A stretch of 64,000 nt of DNA from the NCBI GenBank assembly GCA_013204585.1, contig JABMNL010000003.1, positions 6,992-70,991 of the forward strand, read 5' to 3'. The notes below the pieces were generated by a model. The model was not told where the DNA came from. It was given only the letters and a program-made list of their open reading frames with translations, and searched no databases. This DNA is from SAR202 cluster bacterium (GTDB lineage: Bacteria > Chloroflexota > Dehalococcoidia > Lucifugimonadales > UBA3495). The position numbers and the translations under genes were made by a program. The number at the start of each line of letters is the position of its first letter. The stretch's first letter is position 1. Positions 13,622-22,982 of the stretch are shown here, piece by piece.

Positions 13622-14983
13622 TTAGCCAGAACCGTAAGCTGGCAGGGCGTGCTCCGCGATGTCTAACCCTTCCATCTCTTCCTCTTCTGTTGCCCGGACA
13701 CCCATGGTGACCTTAAGCAGCAGGAACAGTGCAAAGCCAGTCACCAGACCCCAGGCCAGCACCACACCCATACTGATTAACTGGGACACAATCTGCTCGT
13801 AGTCTCCGGCCACCAGGCCTTCCACGCCGTTGTTTCCATTGGCGAAGATACCCACCGCCAGCAGACCCCAGAGTCCGGTTACTCCGTGTACCGAGACCGC
13901 ACCCACCGGGTCGTCAATCTTGAGTACCCGTTCAATCACTATTAATGACGCCATCATTATTGGAGCCGCTATAGCGCCGATAACCACGGCGGACCAGGGT
14001 TCCACGAAAGCAGCCCCAGCCGTGATGCCCACCAATCCGGCCAATGCGCCGTTACAAGCGAACAGCACATCGGTCTTTCCGGTGCGTATCAGCTGGATGT
14101 ACAGGGCGACCACAGCGCCAGTCGCGCCAGCCAACAGGGTGTTGATGGCGTTTAGGCCAATGGAATCGCCAGTGTTGATGTTGAAGCCGAACCAACCGAA
14201 AAACAGGATGAACGTGCCAATTACCACGTAGGGCACATTGTGTCCTGCCAATATGTTGGAGCTTCCATCACGGTTGAACTTTCCAGTCCGTGGGCCAACC
14301 ACTACTGCTCCGGCCAAGGCCACGAAGCCACCCACCGCGTGCACTACGCCAGAACCGGCGTAGTCCGCCGCTGCCGGCAGGCCGATAGTGTCCAGAGCGC
14401 CAAGCCAGCCACCGCCCCAGACCCAGTGACCGTACAGGGGGTAGATGATTGCGCCAATGATAAAGCTGTAAGCCAAGTAGGCTTGAGTCTTCGTCCGCTC
14501 GGCAACGGCTCCGGCCACAATTGTGGCGGCGGTGCCGGCAAAGACCATCTGGAAGACAAAGTCCACGTAGGTCTGGCCATCAGCCGCGTCGGTCAAGAAG
14601 TAGTTGGTGTTACCAGCTATCCCGGCCACCGACGTTCCCCACATCAACGCAAATCCAAACGCCCAGAAGGACAACGACGCGATGGCGAAGTCCATAAAGC
14701 TTTTGGTCATGTAGTTGGTGGTATTCTTGGCGCGAATTAGCCCAGCGCCAAGGAAAGCGAACCCGGCCTGCATGAAAAAGACCAAGAACGCGCCGAACAT
14801 CCAAATCAGGTTGGACCCCTGATCCAGCTTGTCCGCATCTGCAGTGATGTCTTGGGCGAATGCCACGTTGTACCCGGCAATAATTCCACAAGCCACCAAC
14901 CCGGCCACCACAAAGGGCAATACCCTTCGCAAGAACCGGGCACCGTTTGACTGTGGTGCCGCTTCAATCAGCATACTTGCCAT
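13622..14983 (-). CDS. amt: ammonium transporter (Amt family), copy 2, with a longer N-terminus
   Basis: 453 aa with Amt signatures DYAGSGVVHAVGG, FGWFGFN and VHGVTGLWGLLAVG. AGGAGG Shine-Dalgarno. Confidence 0.95.
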   Translation of the reverse strand: MASMLIEAAPQSNGARFLRRVLPFVVAGLVACGIIAGYNVAFAQDITADADKLDQGSNLIWMFGAFLVFFMQAGFAFLGAGLIRAKNTTNYMTKSFMDFAIASLSFWAFGFALMWGTSVAGIAGNTNYFLTDAADGQTYVDFVFQMVFAGTAATIVAGAVAERTKTQAYLAYSFIIGAIIYPLYGHWVWGGGWLGALDTIGLPAAADYAGSGVVHAVGGFVALAGAVVVGPRTGKFNRDGSSNILAGHNVPYVVIGTFILFFGWFGFNINTGDSIGLNAINTLLAGATGAVVALYIQLIRTGKTDVLFACNGALAGLVGITAGAAFVEPWSAVVIGAIAAPIMMASLIVIERVLKIDDPVGAVSVHGVTGLWGLLAVGIFANGNNGVEGLVAGDYEQIVSQLISMGVVLAWGLVTGFALFLLLKVTMGVRATEEEEMEGLDIAEHALPAYGSG

Positions 14984-15049
14984 ACTTGCCTCCTAATATC
15001 CAAAAAAGGATTTCCGAAGGCAAGTCTATTGTCCCGATATTTCCAGATG

Positions 15050-15098
15050 GTTACGTAACTGTTACATGGTTGTTTCCAGAATGTTAATCATTTGTTAC
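15050..15098 (-). promoter_or_regulatory. array of five pentamers at exact 11-bp spacing upstream of amt copy 2 (GTTAC-n6-GTTAC-n6-GTTTC-n6-GTTAA-n6-GTTAC)
   Basis: The pentamers start at 15050, 15061, 15072, 15083 and 15094. On the transcribed strand they read GTAAC-n6-TTAAC-n6-GAAAC-n6-GTAAC-n6-GTAAC, 67-115 nt upstream of the start codon. Confidence 0.45.
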
Positions 15099-15196
15099 GA
15101 AAACCATTCTGCAGCACCAAATCAAGTAACTTAAAATGTTAACCACCTGCGGTTCACTTCTTTTAACGCCCAACGCATAGCGCACTACTTTGTCCA

Positions 15197-15232
15197 CAAT
15201 AAAAAGAAGGGCTGCATTACTACAGCCCTTCT
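15197..15232 (-). terminator. rho-independent terminator of the rhodanese gene
   Basis: The stem agaagggctg / cagcccttct is followed on the minus strand by a T-run (cttctttttatt). Confidence 0.7.
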
Positions 15233-15273
15233 AATCTGCCCGATACCTCAGCCTTCGAGGTAGAACTTGGACG

Positions 15274-16116
15274 TTACTTTTCGATGGGCGCTCCGACGAT
15301 GCTGCCCCATTCAGTCCAGGAACCGTCGTAGTTGCGGACGTTCTGTAGACCCAGCAGCTGGGTCAAAACGAACCAGGTATGGGACGAGCGCTCGCCAATG
15401 CGGCAGTAGGCGATGGTCTCTTTACTGCCGTCAACTCCCTTGCCACCGTAAAGGGCTTTCAAGTCATCGGCAGACTTGAAGGAGCCGTCCTCGGCCACTG
15501 CCTGCCCCCAAGGAACATTGGCAGCGCCGGGAATGTGGCCACCACGCTGAGAGCCCTCTTGAGGAAGGTTAGCGGGTGCCAAAAGCTCGCCGCTAAACTC
15601 AGCGGGTGCCCGTACGTCGACCAGCGCAATGCCGCCGCTATTAACCTTGGCCAGCACTTGGTCACGGTAAGCCCTGATACCCTCGTTGGGTGCCTTGGCC
15701 TGGTAGGACTTGGAGCCGGGGTTGGCCGCGTCGGTGGTCAGAGGTTTGCCCTCGGCCTCCCACTTTGCCCGTCCGCCATTCATTAATTTTACGTCGTCAT
15801 GGCCGTAGTACTTCAGTTGCCAAAACGCCCAAGCGGCGAACCAGTTGTTGTTGTCGCCGTACAAGATGACAGTGGTGTTATTGTCGATTCCCGCAGAGCC
15901 GAGCAACTTCTCCAAGTCTTCCTTACTCAGCAGGTCACGGCTGACCGTCTCTTGAAGTTGAGACTGCCAATTCCAGCCCACTGCGTCCGCAATATGGCCT
16001 TGATCGTAGGAAGAAGTATCGACGTCAACCTCTACCAACCGAACATTGGCATCGCTACCGTGTGCGGCGACCCAATCGGTGTCTACCAATGATTCGGGAT
16101 GTGAATAATCTGCCAT
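15274..16116 (-). CDS. thiosulfate/3-mercaptopyruvate sulfurtransferase (tandem rhodanese)
   Basis: 280 aa, two rhodanese domains, active-site loop YCRIGERSSHTW (CRxGxR[ST]). AGGTGGA Shine-Dalgarno. Confidence 0.9.
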   Translation of the reverse strand: MADYSHPESLVDTDWVAAHGSDANVRLVEVDVDTSSYDQGHIADAVGWNWQSQLQETVSRDLLSKEDLEKLLGSAGIDNNTTVILYGDNNNWFAAWAFWQLKYYGHDDVKLMNGGRAKWEAEGKPLTTDAANPGSKSYQAKAPNEGIRAYRDQVLAKVNSGGIALVDVRAPAEFSGELLAPANLPQEGSQRGGHIPGAANVPWGQAVAEDGSFKSADDLKALYGGKGVDGSKETIAYCRIGERSSHTWFVLTQLLGLQNVRNYDGSWTEWGSIVGAPIEK

Positions 16117-16405
16117 GATTCCACCTGTTCCTTAGTTGAAAGATTTTTTAGCTATGTTGGACGTTAGTCCTAACCAATACACGGACAAGCGTGTTGCCGC
16201 CGATCCGTAATGCTCTTTGATGCGTAGTAATAAATGTTGGTTCTTGGTTCATCGTTGGTTAAAGCGAATTCTACACAACGGAAATTTTATAATAAGAATA
16301 GCCCGAATGCATCCCATGATTACGAGGGGTATCTAAACTCACTAGCAGGCTGAATTAGACCGCCAATAACCTGGTTAAATTCACTGTGGCTTGCGCGTGG
16401 CAGCT

Positions 16406-16434
16406 TTGCAATTTCACGCTCGCTCCGATATTAT
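16406..16434 (+). promoter_or_regulatory. sigma-70-type promoter candidate for ftsH (TTGCAA-N17-TATTAT)
   Basis: The hexamers are at 16406..16411 and 16429..16434 with a 17-nt spacer, about 50 nt upstream of the ATG. Confidence 0.4.
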
Positions 16435-16483
16435 GAGACTAGTAGACCTGTAGGGTTGAGAATGCGGAAAACAAGGGGTAAAC

Positions 16484-18439
16484 ATGGGTAATAACCGATG
16501 GCTTCGCAACAGTCTCATGTACCTGATGATTATCATCGGGGTAATTGTGATTTTCTACACGTTGTTGCCCAGCTTCGGGAGCCGTGCCGAAGAACCGCTA
16601 ACCACAGTCGTGGCCATGGCCAAAAACAATGACATTCGCGAGATTATCATTGACGGTCGCAAGCTTACTGTTTTCCCTAGAAGCACCAGCACGGGCGGAA
16701 GCGACCGATTTATCAGCCGTACCGGCGGTGTCACCGACATAATCAGCCTTCTCATCGACAGCGGTGTTCAGGTTGGCCCTCCCTCCGGCGTTCAAGTGAC
16801 ATTCAAAGGCTCCAGTGGTCTCAGCAGCTTCCTAGGGCTGATGCTCAATTTCTTGCCGTTGATTTTCTTTGGCGGCCTAATCATGTTCATGATGAAGCAG
16901 GCCCAGGGCAGCAATAGCCAGACCATGAGTTTCGGGCGCAGCCGGGCCAAGATGATGCCCTTCAACCGTCCCACAGTATCGTTCAACGATGTGGCGGGCG
17001 TTGATGAGGCGAAAGAAGAACTTCAGGAAGTTGTCGAGTTCCTCAAATTCCCCGAGCGGTTCCTTGCTTTAGGCGCCCGTATCCCCAAGGGCGTTCTGCT
17101 GGTCGGCTCACCGGGCACCGGCAAGACCCTAATGGCTAGGGCAGTGGCTGGAGAAGCTGGCGTTCCATTCTTCCACATCAGCGGTTCCGAGTTCGTAGAG
17201 ATGTTCGTAGGAGTCGGAGCAGCACGGGTTCGCGACCTTTTCGAGCAAGCCAAGCGTAATGCCCCTTGTATCGTATTCATTGACGAAATAGACGCAGTAG
17301 GCCGACACCGTGGCGCTGGTCTTGGCGGTGGACACGACGAACGAGAACAGACACTAAACCAGATTCTGGTTGAGATGGACGGCTTCGAGACTACTACCAA
17401 CATCATAGTAATCGCCGCCACCAACCGCCCAGACATCCTGGATCCAGCCTTGCTGAGGCCCGGACGCTTTGACCGTCGGGTGACCATGGACCTGCCTGAC
17501 ATCGCAGGCCGCAAAGAAATCTTGAAGGTTCACGCCGCAGGTAAACCTCTAGCCCCAGAAGTTACCTTTGACTCTCTAGCCAAAGAAACTCCTGGATTCA
17601 GCGGCGCAGAACTGTCTAACCTAGTCAATGAAGCGGCCATCATGGCTGCCAGAGGCAACAAGAAGTCCATTTTCATGGTGGATTTTGAAGAGGCTGTCGA
17701 CCGGGTTATCGCCGGTCCTCAACGCAAGAGTCGCGTCATCAACCCCAGGGAAAAGGAAATGACGGCCTACCACGAGGCGGGACACGCTCTTGTAGCATGG
17801 GCCATGCCCCACGCCGACCCAGTCCATAAGATTTCAATTGTCGCCCGAGGTTCAATGGGCGGCCATACTTCTTTGGTTCCGGAAGAAGACCGGTATCTGT
17901 GGACCAAGAACCAGTTCAGCGACAGAATGGCCGTAACCATGGGCGGCCGTGTCGCAGAGCAATTGATATTCGACGAAATAACCACCGGCGCTAGTAACGA
18001 TCTGGAACAGGCCACCAAACTGGCTCTGGGGATGATTAAGCGCTATGGAATGAGCGACAACCTGGGCCCCCGGACCTTCGGTAAGGTTCAGGAAATGGTG
18101 TTCTTGGGCCGCGAAATGAGCGAAGAACGAGACTACGGCGATAAGGTAGCGGAAGAGATTGACGTAGAAGTTAAGGCCTTAATCGTCAAGGCTTACAACG
18201 AAGCCGAAGAGATGTTGGTCACTCACAAACCTAAGTTGGTCAGACTGGCTGAGTACCTCATAGAGTACGAGACTGTGTCCGGTGAGGCGATGAACCGGCT
18301 GTTCAACAACGATGGCGAATCTGGCACCCCCGCAGCGCCGCCGGAGAACCCACCGTCATTTAGCCCGACTCACGGACAGCCGTCGGTGCCCAGGCCAGCG
18401 CCAACATTGCCTTCGACGTCCAGCGAGCCGGAAATCTAG
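16484..18439 (+). CDS. ftsH: ATP-dependent zinc metalloprotease FtsH
   Basis: 651 aa, two N-terminal TM helices, Walker A GSPGTGKT, Walker [12 protein letters not shown] region and zinc motif HEAGHAL. Pro-rich C-terminal tail. Confidence 0.97.
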   Translation: MGNNRWLRNSLMYLMIIIGVIVIFYTLLPSFGSRAEEPLTTVVAMAKNNDIREIIIDGRKLTVFPRSTSTGGSDRFISRTGGVTDIISLLIDSGVQVGPPSGVQVTFKGSSGLSSFLGLMLNFLPLIFFGGLIMFMMKQAQGSNSQTMSFGRSRAKMMPFNRPTVSFNDVAGVDEAKEELQEVVEFLKFPERFLALGARIPKGVLLVGSPGTGKTLMARAVAGEAGVPFFHISGSEFVEMFVGVGAARVRDLFEQAKRNAPCIVFIDEIDAVGRHRGAGLGGGHDEREQTLNQILVEMDGFETTTNIIVIAATNRPDILDPALLRPGRFDRRVTMDLPDIAGRKEILKVHAAGKPLAPEVTFDSLAKETPGFSGAELSNLVNEAAIMAARGNKKSIFMVDFEEAVDRVIAGPQRKSRVINPREKEMTAYHEAGHALVAWAMPHADPVHKISIVARGSMGGHTSLVPEEDRYLWTKNQFSDRMAVTMGGRVAEQLIFDEITTGASNDLEQATKLALGMIKRYGMSDNLGPRTFGKVQEMVFLGREMSEERDYGDKVAEEIDVEVKALIVKAYNEAEEMLVTHKPKLVRLAEYLIEYETVSGEAMNRLFNNDGESGTPAAPPENPPSFSPTHGQPSVPRPAPTLPSTSSEPEI

Positions 18440-18466
18440 TCAACACCACCGATTCCATGCGAACTA

Positions 18467-18504
18467 AAAGAAAGGGGCAGGTCTGAGACCTGCCCCTTTC
18501 TTTT
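18467..18504. terminator. bidirectional rho-independent terminator between ftsH and the convergent small ORF
   Basis: A 17-bp stem aaagaaaggggcaggtc / gacctgcccctttcttt with loop tga is flanked by an A-run and a T-run. Confidence 0.8.
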
Positions 18505-18530
18505 GCCAATATCGAATCTAATTATCAGGG

Positions 18531-18824
18531 TTAGGCTTTTGTTGTTTCTGCCTCGGCCTCTTCTTGGTCTACCCCTTCTTGGTCTATCGGTAGTTGACGG
18601 AAGTACAGGCCCCACTGTTGCATCAGCCCTTGAACCTCAGGGCTCTTAAGCGCGCTAAGTTCTCTGAAGAACCCGGCCAATGCGTGGGCCGGCAGGTGTT
18701 CTTTGGTGCAAACCCAACTACGTTCCGCAGGCACTACGTAAATCTGACCGCGCTGGTGTTCGCAGACAGCTCTGATACGGGTCAAGTCATTACCCTGGAT
18801 TACATCCAGGCCGGTTGTTGTCAT
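18531..18824 (-). CDS. hypothetical small protein (97 aa)
   Basis: It is the only sizeable ORF between ftsH and hflK. It ends just before the bidirectional terminator and has a weak AGGAAC Shine-Dalgarno 6 nt upstream of the ATG. No motif recognised. Confidence 0.4.
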   Translation of the reverse strand: MTTTGLDVIQGNDLTRIRAVCEHQRGQIYVVPAERSWVCTKEHLPAHALAGFFRELSALKSPEVQGLMQQWGLYFRQLPIDQEGVDQEEAEAETTKA

Positions 18825-19140
18825 CTAATTGTTCCTATACCCAAATTTGCCCGGCGAAACGATATTCCAGGCAGGTCTATTATACCTTGAGCAGGGGCCG
18901 CGACGCCGAATCTTTGCCTATAATTTCTGCCCATTAGAATCAACATTCTCCAAGATATGAGCATCCAATCGACATCAAAGAACGTATTAGAAAGCGATAT
19001 CCTCTACCCCGTGAAGAATTTGTGGTTCACGGAACAACCTAGATGATAGAATCAACACGTCATTTGCGCATAGTCGGCAGTGGCCAACAATAGTGCCGCT
19101 GCCGTTGTACAGAAAGCACAGGAATAAGGAATAGACGAAC

Positions 19141-20790
19141 ATGTTTCAACCCGGAGGCGGTCCTAGACAGCCAGAATTGGATTTTGACCAGATTATGGGC
19201 AACATCCGCGACGCCGTTGGGCGCATTTCCCAGCGCCTGGGAGGCGGCGGAGTAGGATTGGCAGCGGCGCTAATAGTAGGCCTAATAGTGGTGATTTGGG
19301 CAGCCAGCGGAATCTACACCACTAGCCCCGGTGAGCAGGGCGTGCTCCGCTTATTTGGAAACGCTCAGGAAACTCCAGTGACTCAAAACGGTCTTCACTG
19401 GTGGTGGCCTTCACCGATTGGCAAGAAAGACGTGGTTAGGACTGACCTAGTCCGCCGCTTGGAACTTGGCTTCCGGAGCGGCGACGGTGTGTCCGACACG
19501 CCAGTTCCAGATGAAGCTCAAATGATTAGCGGCGACCTGAACATTATTGACGTGCAGATGGTCGTCCAATACGACATCAAAGACCTTAGCAGTTACCTCT
19601 TCCGGGTGGACGACCCCGGCGAGGACGCCGGATCGCAGCGGAATATCGCCGCCGGCCTACCGGATGGCCGGACATTGAAGGACGCCACTGAAGCGGCCGT
19701 CCGCCTTGTGGTGGGACAACGTTCCCTGGCCGAAGTATTGGCCGAGGAGCGCGTCAACTTAGAATTGGATACCAAGGCAAAACTCCAGGAGATTCTAGAC
19801 GGCTACAACACCGGCCTGAATATTGTCAGTGTCGAGCTTCAGAAGGTCGAAGCTCCATTAGAGGTCCAAGCCGCCTTCAATGACGTGCTCCAAGCCCGTC
19901 AAGATAAAGTTACAGCCACCAACCAGGCTCAAGCCTACGAGAACCAGGTTCTCCCAGAGGCCAGGGGCCGGGCAGCACAGATAATTCAGCCTGCAGAAGC
20001 GTTCAAACGTGCCAGAATTGAACGGGCTCAGGGTGAATCAGACCAATTCCTGTCAATCTTGGCCCAGTTCAATGACCGGTCGGTCACGCTGGAAAACGTG
20101 CTGCAAGATACCGACAACGCAGACGGGGACAATGACCCGACCACCGGAATCGGACTTTCCGACATTTCTATCATTTCGGCTCCAGACCTTGACGGAAATG
20201 GGTTCGACATTCTAGTCGCCGGGGTAAATGTGCAGGGCGCGCCCGGCTGCGCGTTCACCGCCATTGAGGTTCTTACCACCGAAGCGACCCAAACCTGCCG
20301 CTTCTCGGCCTCCATGGCCGCACAGTCTGGGGACCTAACGATTGGTGAGAAGTTCTCCATTGCCTACCTCGGAAACGAAGACCTGACAATCCCTCAGTTC
20401 GTGGGTAAAGGTCCCTTCAACGTCCGTCTCAGTAACAAGGCCGTAGACGCCAACGTAATCGTGGTGGACGGCCCCGACGGCGGAGTGACTCCGGGCGTTG
20501 ATGTTTCGGTATTGGGATTTAATTCGTCTACCAACATCGTGACCTTCAGCGTCCAGTCCGGAGAAATCCTTCGGGCCGGCGACCAGTTCACTGTGCAATA
20601 CATGAACCGGGAAGACCGGACAGTTCCCGCCACCAGTCTCGTAACCCAAGAAAGGCTCTACCTAGAGGCCATGGAAGATATTCTGCCGGGAATCAACAAG
20701 ATAATCGTTTCCCCTGATGCGGAAACGGTGTTGATACTCGGAAACGACGGTGGGCTGATACCAGTGCCCCTAGGGCCGTCCGCCCCGTAA
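19141..20790 (+). CDS. hflK: HflK-like SPFH/band-7 protein with a ~190-aa insertion before the conserved C-terminal segment
   Basis: N-terminal TM helix, SPFH core (GEQGVLRLFG..., ISGDLNIIDVQMVVQY), coiled coil (NQAQAYENQVLPEARGRAAQ) and C-terminal TQERLYLEAMEDILPGINKIIV. Residues ~313-499 have no counterpart in canonical HflK. Confidence 0.8.
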   Translation: MFQPGGGPRQPELDFDQIMGNIRDAVGRISQRLGGGGVGLAAALIVGLIVVIWAASGIYTTSPGEQGVLRLFGNAQETPVTQNGLHWWWPSPIGKKDVVRTDLVRRLELGFRSGDGVSDTPVPDEAQMISGDLNIIDVQMVVQYDIKDLSSYLFRVDDPGEDAGSQRNIAAGLPDGRTLKDATEAAVRLVVGQRSLAEVLAEERVNLELDTKAKLQEILDGYNTGLNIVSVELQKVEAPLEVQAAFNDVLQARQDKVTATNQAQAYENQVLPEARGRAAQIIQPAEAFKRARIERAQGESDQFLSILAQFNDRSVTLENVLQDTDNADGDNDPTTGIGLSDISIISAPDLDGNGFDILVAGVNVQGAPGCAFTAIEVLTTEATQTCRFSASMAAQSGDLTIGEKFSIAYLGNEDLTIPQFVGKGPFNVRLSNKAVDANVIVVDGPDGGVTPGVDVSVLGFNSSTNIVTFSVQSGEILRAGDQFTVQYMNREDRTVPATSLVTQERLYLEAMEDILPGINKIIVSPDAETVLILGNDGGLIPVPLGPSAP

Positions 20791-20874
20791 GCTAGCTCCA
20801 TCTACGCAAGCAAAAAGGCCAGCAAAAAGCCGCGCCGGTAGCCGCGCGATAATTAACGAATAAAAGGGGTCTCC

Positions 20875-21861
20875 ATGAGGAACCTAATCATAGTCGGGGC
20901 CATTATTATCCTGGCCCTAATAACTCTAACCACCAGCCTCTATGTGGTGGACGAGACCGAGCAGGTGGTAGTCACCCGCTTTGGTGACGTGCGAAGCGTT
21001 CGCACCGAACCCGGCCTCTACGTAAAAGCCCCGTTCGGAGTGGACGCCGTTACCAGCTACGATAAACGTTTGCTGCGCATTGACGCCCCACCTGAGCGGT
21101 TCTTGGACGCCGACATCAACATTTTAGAGATTGATGTCTACGGGCGGTTCAGGATTAGCGACCCACGTCAGTTCCTACAGACGTTGAACACTGAAGAAAA
21201 CGCCCGCAGGGTATTGGCCCAAAGGATTAACTCATCCCTCCGTGCTAAAGTCGCCGAGCGTAGCCGTGAACAAATTATCGGCGGCAACGTAGTGTTAGAC
21301 CAACTTGGTAACCCGGTTACCGACGCCGAGGGCAACTCCCGCGTACAATCAACAAACTCCCGTACGGAGATGTTGGACGACGTAATCGCAGCGGTTCAAG
21401 CCAACCTGGCCCAGGAGAGCCCGCCCTTCGGCGCCGAGGTGATTGATATCCGCATCAAACGCGCCGACTTCCCAGTAGAGGTGGCTGGCAGGATATTTGA
21501 GCGGATGCGTTCCGACCGGGAAAAGATATCCCGCCGGTTGCGCGCTGAAGGTGAGGAAGAAGCCCGAACCCGCAGGGCCGCTGCCGATCGGGAGGTTGAG
21601 GTAATCCTGGCTGTAGCCGACAGAGACGCCAACCGTCTCCGTGGTGACGGTGAGGGGCAAGCCATCGCCATCCTTGCTGAGGCGCTGAACAAGGATCCCG
21701 ATTTCTTCTCCTTCCGCAGGAGCCTCGACGCCTATAAAAAGTTCTTGAACCAGAATACGACGGTCATCCTGTCGTCAGACGCTGAGATTTTCAAGTTCCT
21801 CCAGAGTCCTGGACAGGGAGCCAGCGAGACCGCAGGAAGCGGAGCCGCAGGCACTCAATAA
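20875..21861 (+). CDS. hflC: HflC-like SPFH/band-7 protein
   Basis: 328 aa with an N-terminal TM helix and LYVVDETEQVVVTRFG, typical of HflC; it immediately follows hflK. Confidence 0.88.
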   Translation: MRNLIIVGAIIILALITLTTSLYVVDETEQVVVTRFGDVRSVRTEPGLYVKAPFGVDAVTSYDKRLLRIDAPPERFLDADINILEIDVYGRFRISDPRQFLQTLNTEENARRVLAQRINSSLRAKVAERSREQIIGGNVVLDQLGNPVTDAEGNSRVQSTNSRTEMLDDVIAAVQANLAQESPPFGAEVIDIRIKRADFPVEVAGRIFERMRSDREKISRRLRAEGEEEARTRRAAADREVEVILAVADRDANRLRGDGEGQAIAILAEALNKDPDFFSFRRSLDAYKKFLNQNTTVILSSDAEIFKFLQSPGQGASETAGSGAAGTQ

Positions 21862-21877
21862 CCGGAACCAACCGGAG

Positions 21878-22732
21878 CTAACGCCCAGCTATTCGACGTC
21901 CCTCGTCCAGGCCCCTAGTGGTCTTCTCGGGGGACGTTATTATTATGCGGAACCCCTGTTCCAAGCGCATTGGCACCTGTTCTGCTGTACAGCCGGTGGC
22001 ACAGGGAACGCCAAAGTCATTGCAGGCTTCCAAAATAGTCAACAGGTTCGCCTGCACGTCAGGATGGCTGGCGTTACCCTTGTGCCCCATGGCCACCGAC
22101 ATGTCACCAGGCCCGGCCCAAATTGCGCCGATGCCTTTGACCTCCCGCAGAATGTCCCGCACGTTCTTCACGCCAACCGGGTCTTCGATGATGCCCATCA
22201 AAAGCATGTTCCCGTCCGGGTCCAGAGGCCAAAGGTCGGCGGCGTCATAATACTCCGTAGGGGTTAGGCCCCAGTACCGAGGGGCAATGCTGGAAGACCA
22301 ACCTCGTTCGCCTGCGGGTTCGAAGTCGGCTACACCAGGGACTTGCGGATACCGGGCGGCGGACACCGCGAACTGGGCATCCTCAACATTGCTCAGATGG
22401 GGGATTATCAACCCGTATACACCCTGGTCCAAGGCCTGTTTAACCACCCACTGGTTTCGTTCCCCCATGTTGGGCGGCACTCTAACAAACGGGGCCGGAT
22501 CGGCCTGTAATGAACCGCTTTCCGCCACTTTTTTTCGATTCAATAAGAATTGGAGCATCGTCCGCAGGTTGTTAAAATCAAATCCTAGATGCTCCATCTC
22601 AATCATGGCCATGTCATAACCTGCGTCGCCAACGTAGGTCATATCCTCCAAGTTGCCGTTCCAAACCAGCCCAGAGCCGAACACTGGCTTGTCCTGCTCC
22701 AATAACTCAATCACTTTGTTGTAGCGGACCAT
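21878..22732 (-). CDS. HpcH/HpaI-family aldolase
   Basis: 284 aa with the GYDMAMIEMEHLGFD motif and a TIM-barrel aldolase pattern. AGGAGAA Shine-Dalgarno. Confidence 0.8.
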   Translation of the reverse strand: MVRYNKVIELLEQDKPVFGSGLVWNGNLEDMTYVGDAGYDMAMIEMEHLGFDFNNLRTMLQFLLNRKKVAESGSLQADPAPFVRVPPNMGERNQWVVKQALDQGVYGLIIPHLSNVEDAQFAVSAARYPQVPGVADFEPAGERGWSSSIAPRYWGLTPTEYYDAADLWPLDPDGNMLLMGIIEDPVGVKNVRDILREVKGIGAIWAGPGDMSVAMGHKGNASHPDVQANLLTILEACNDFGVPCATGCTAEQVPMRLEQGFRIIITSPEKTTRGLDEGRRIAGR

Positions 22733-22871
22733 GGGTTCTCCTTGAAATCATAAATCGAATCAATAAATCTGCTTTCCATTTCAAAAACGCCTTTTTGGCG
22801 GGCGTCTCTGATTTGGGCGGGATTATGGAACGGCCAGTCGGGTTTGTCCACTAGGGCCAGGCGTGGCCGCG

Positions 22872-22900
22872 TTGACGGGCGCGGCAAAATCGCCTACATT
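22872..22900 (+). promoter_or_regulatory. promoter candidate for sucCD (TTGACG-N17-TACATT)
   Basis: The hexamers are at 22872..22877 and 22895..22900, about 80 nt upstream of the sucC ATG at 22983. Confidence 0.3.
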
Positions 22901-22982
22901 TTACGAACGCCTGGAACAAGCTCCCTTTTCTGGTCTTTTCCAGGCTTTCTTTGGGCCTGTCTGGGCCCGGCCAAGGACCATT

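Noticed and set aside
14984-15025. 7-bp inverted repeat (acttgcc ... ggcaagt) that could sequester the amt copy-2 Shine-Dalgarno
   Set aside because: The stem is only 7 bp with a 28-nt loop, which is within chance expectation, and no comparable structure exists at amt copy 1.
22863-22982. N-terminal extensions in the ORF track (22863 for sucC, 33127 for the SDR, 34104 for the mutase, 37870 for the PPC protein, 43175 for the LLM, 50630 for the lipoprotein, 50711 for the amidase, 55025 for the sigma factor)
   Set aside because: The extensions lack a Shine-Dalgarno, run through terminator hairpins or the preceding gene, and precede an internal start that matches the canonical family N-terminus and has a good Shine-Dalgarno.
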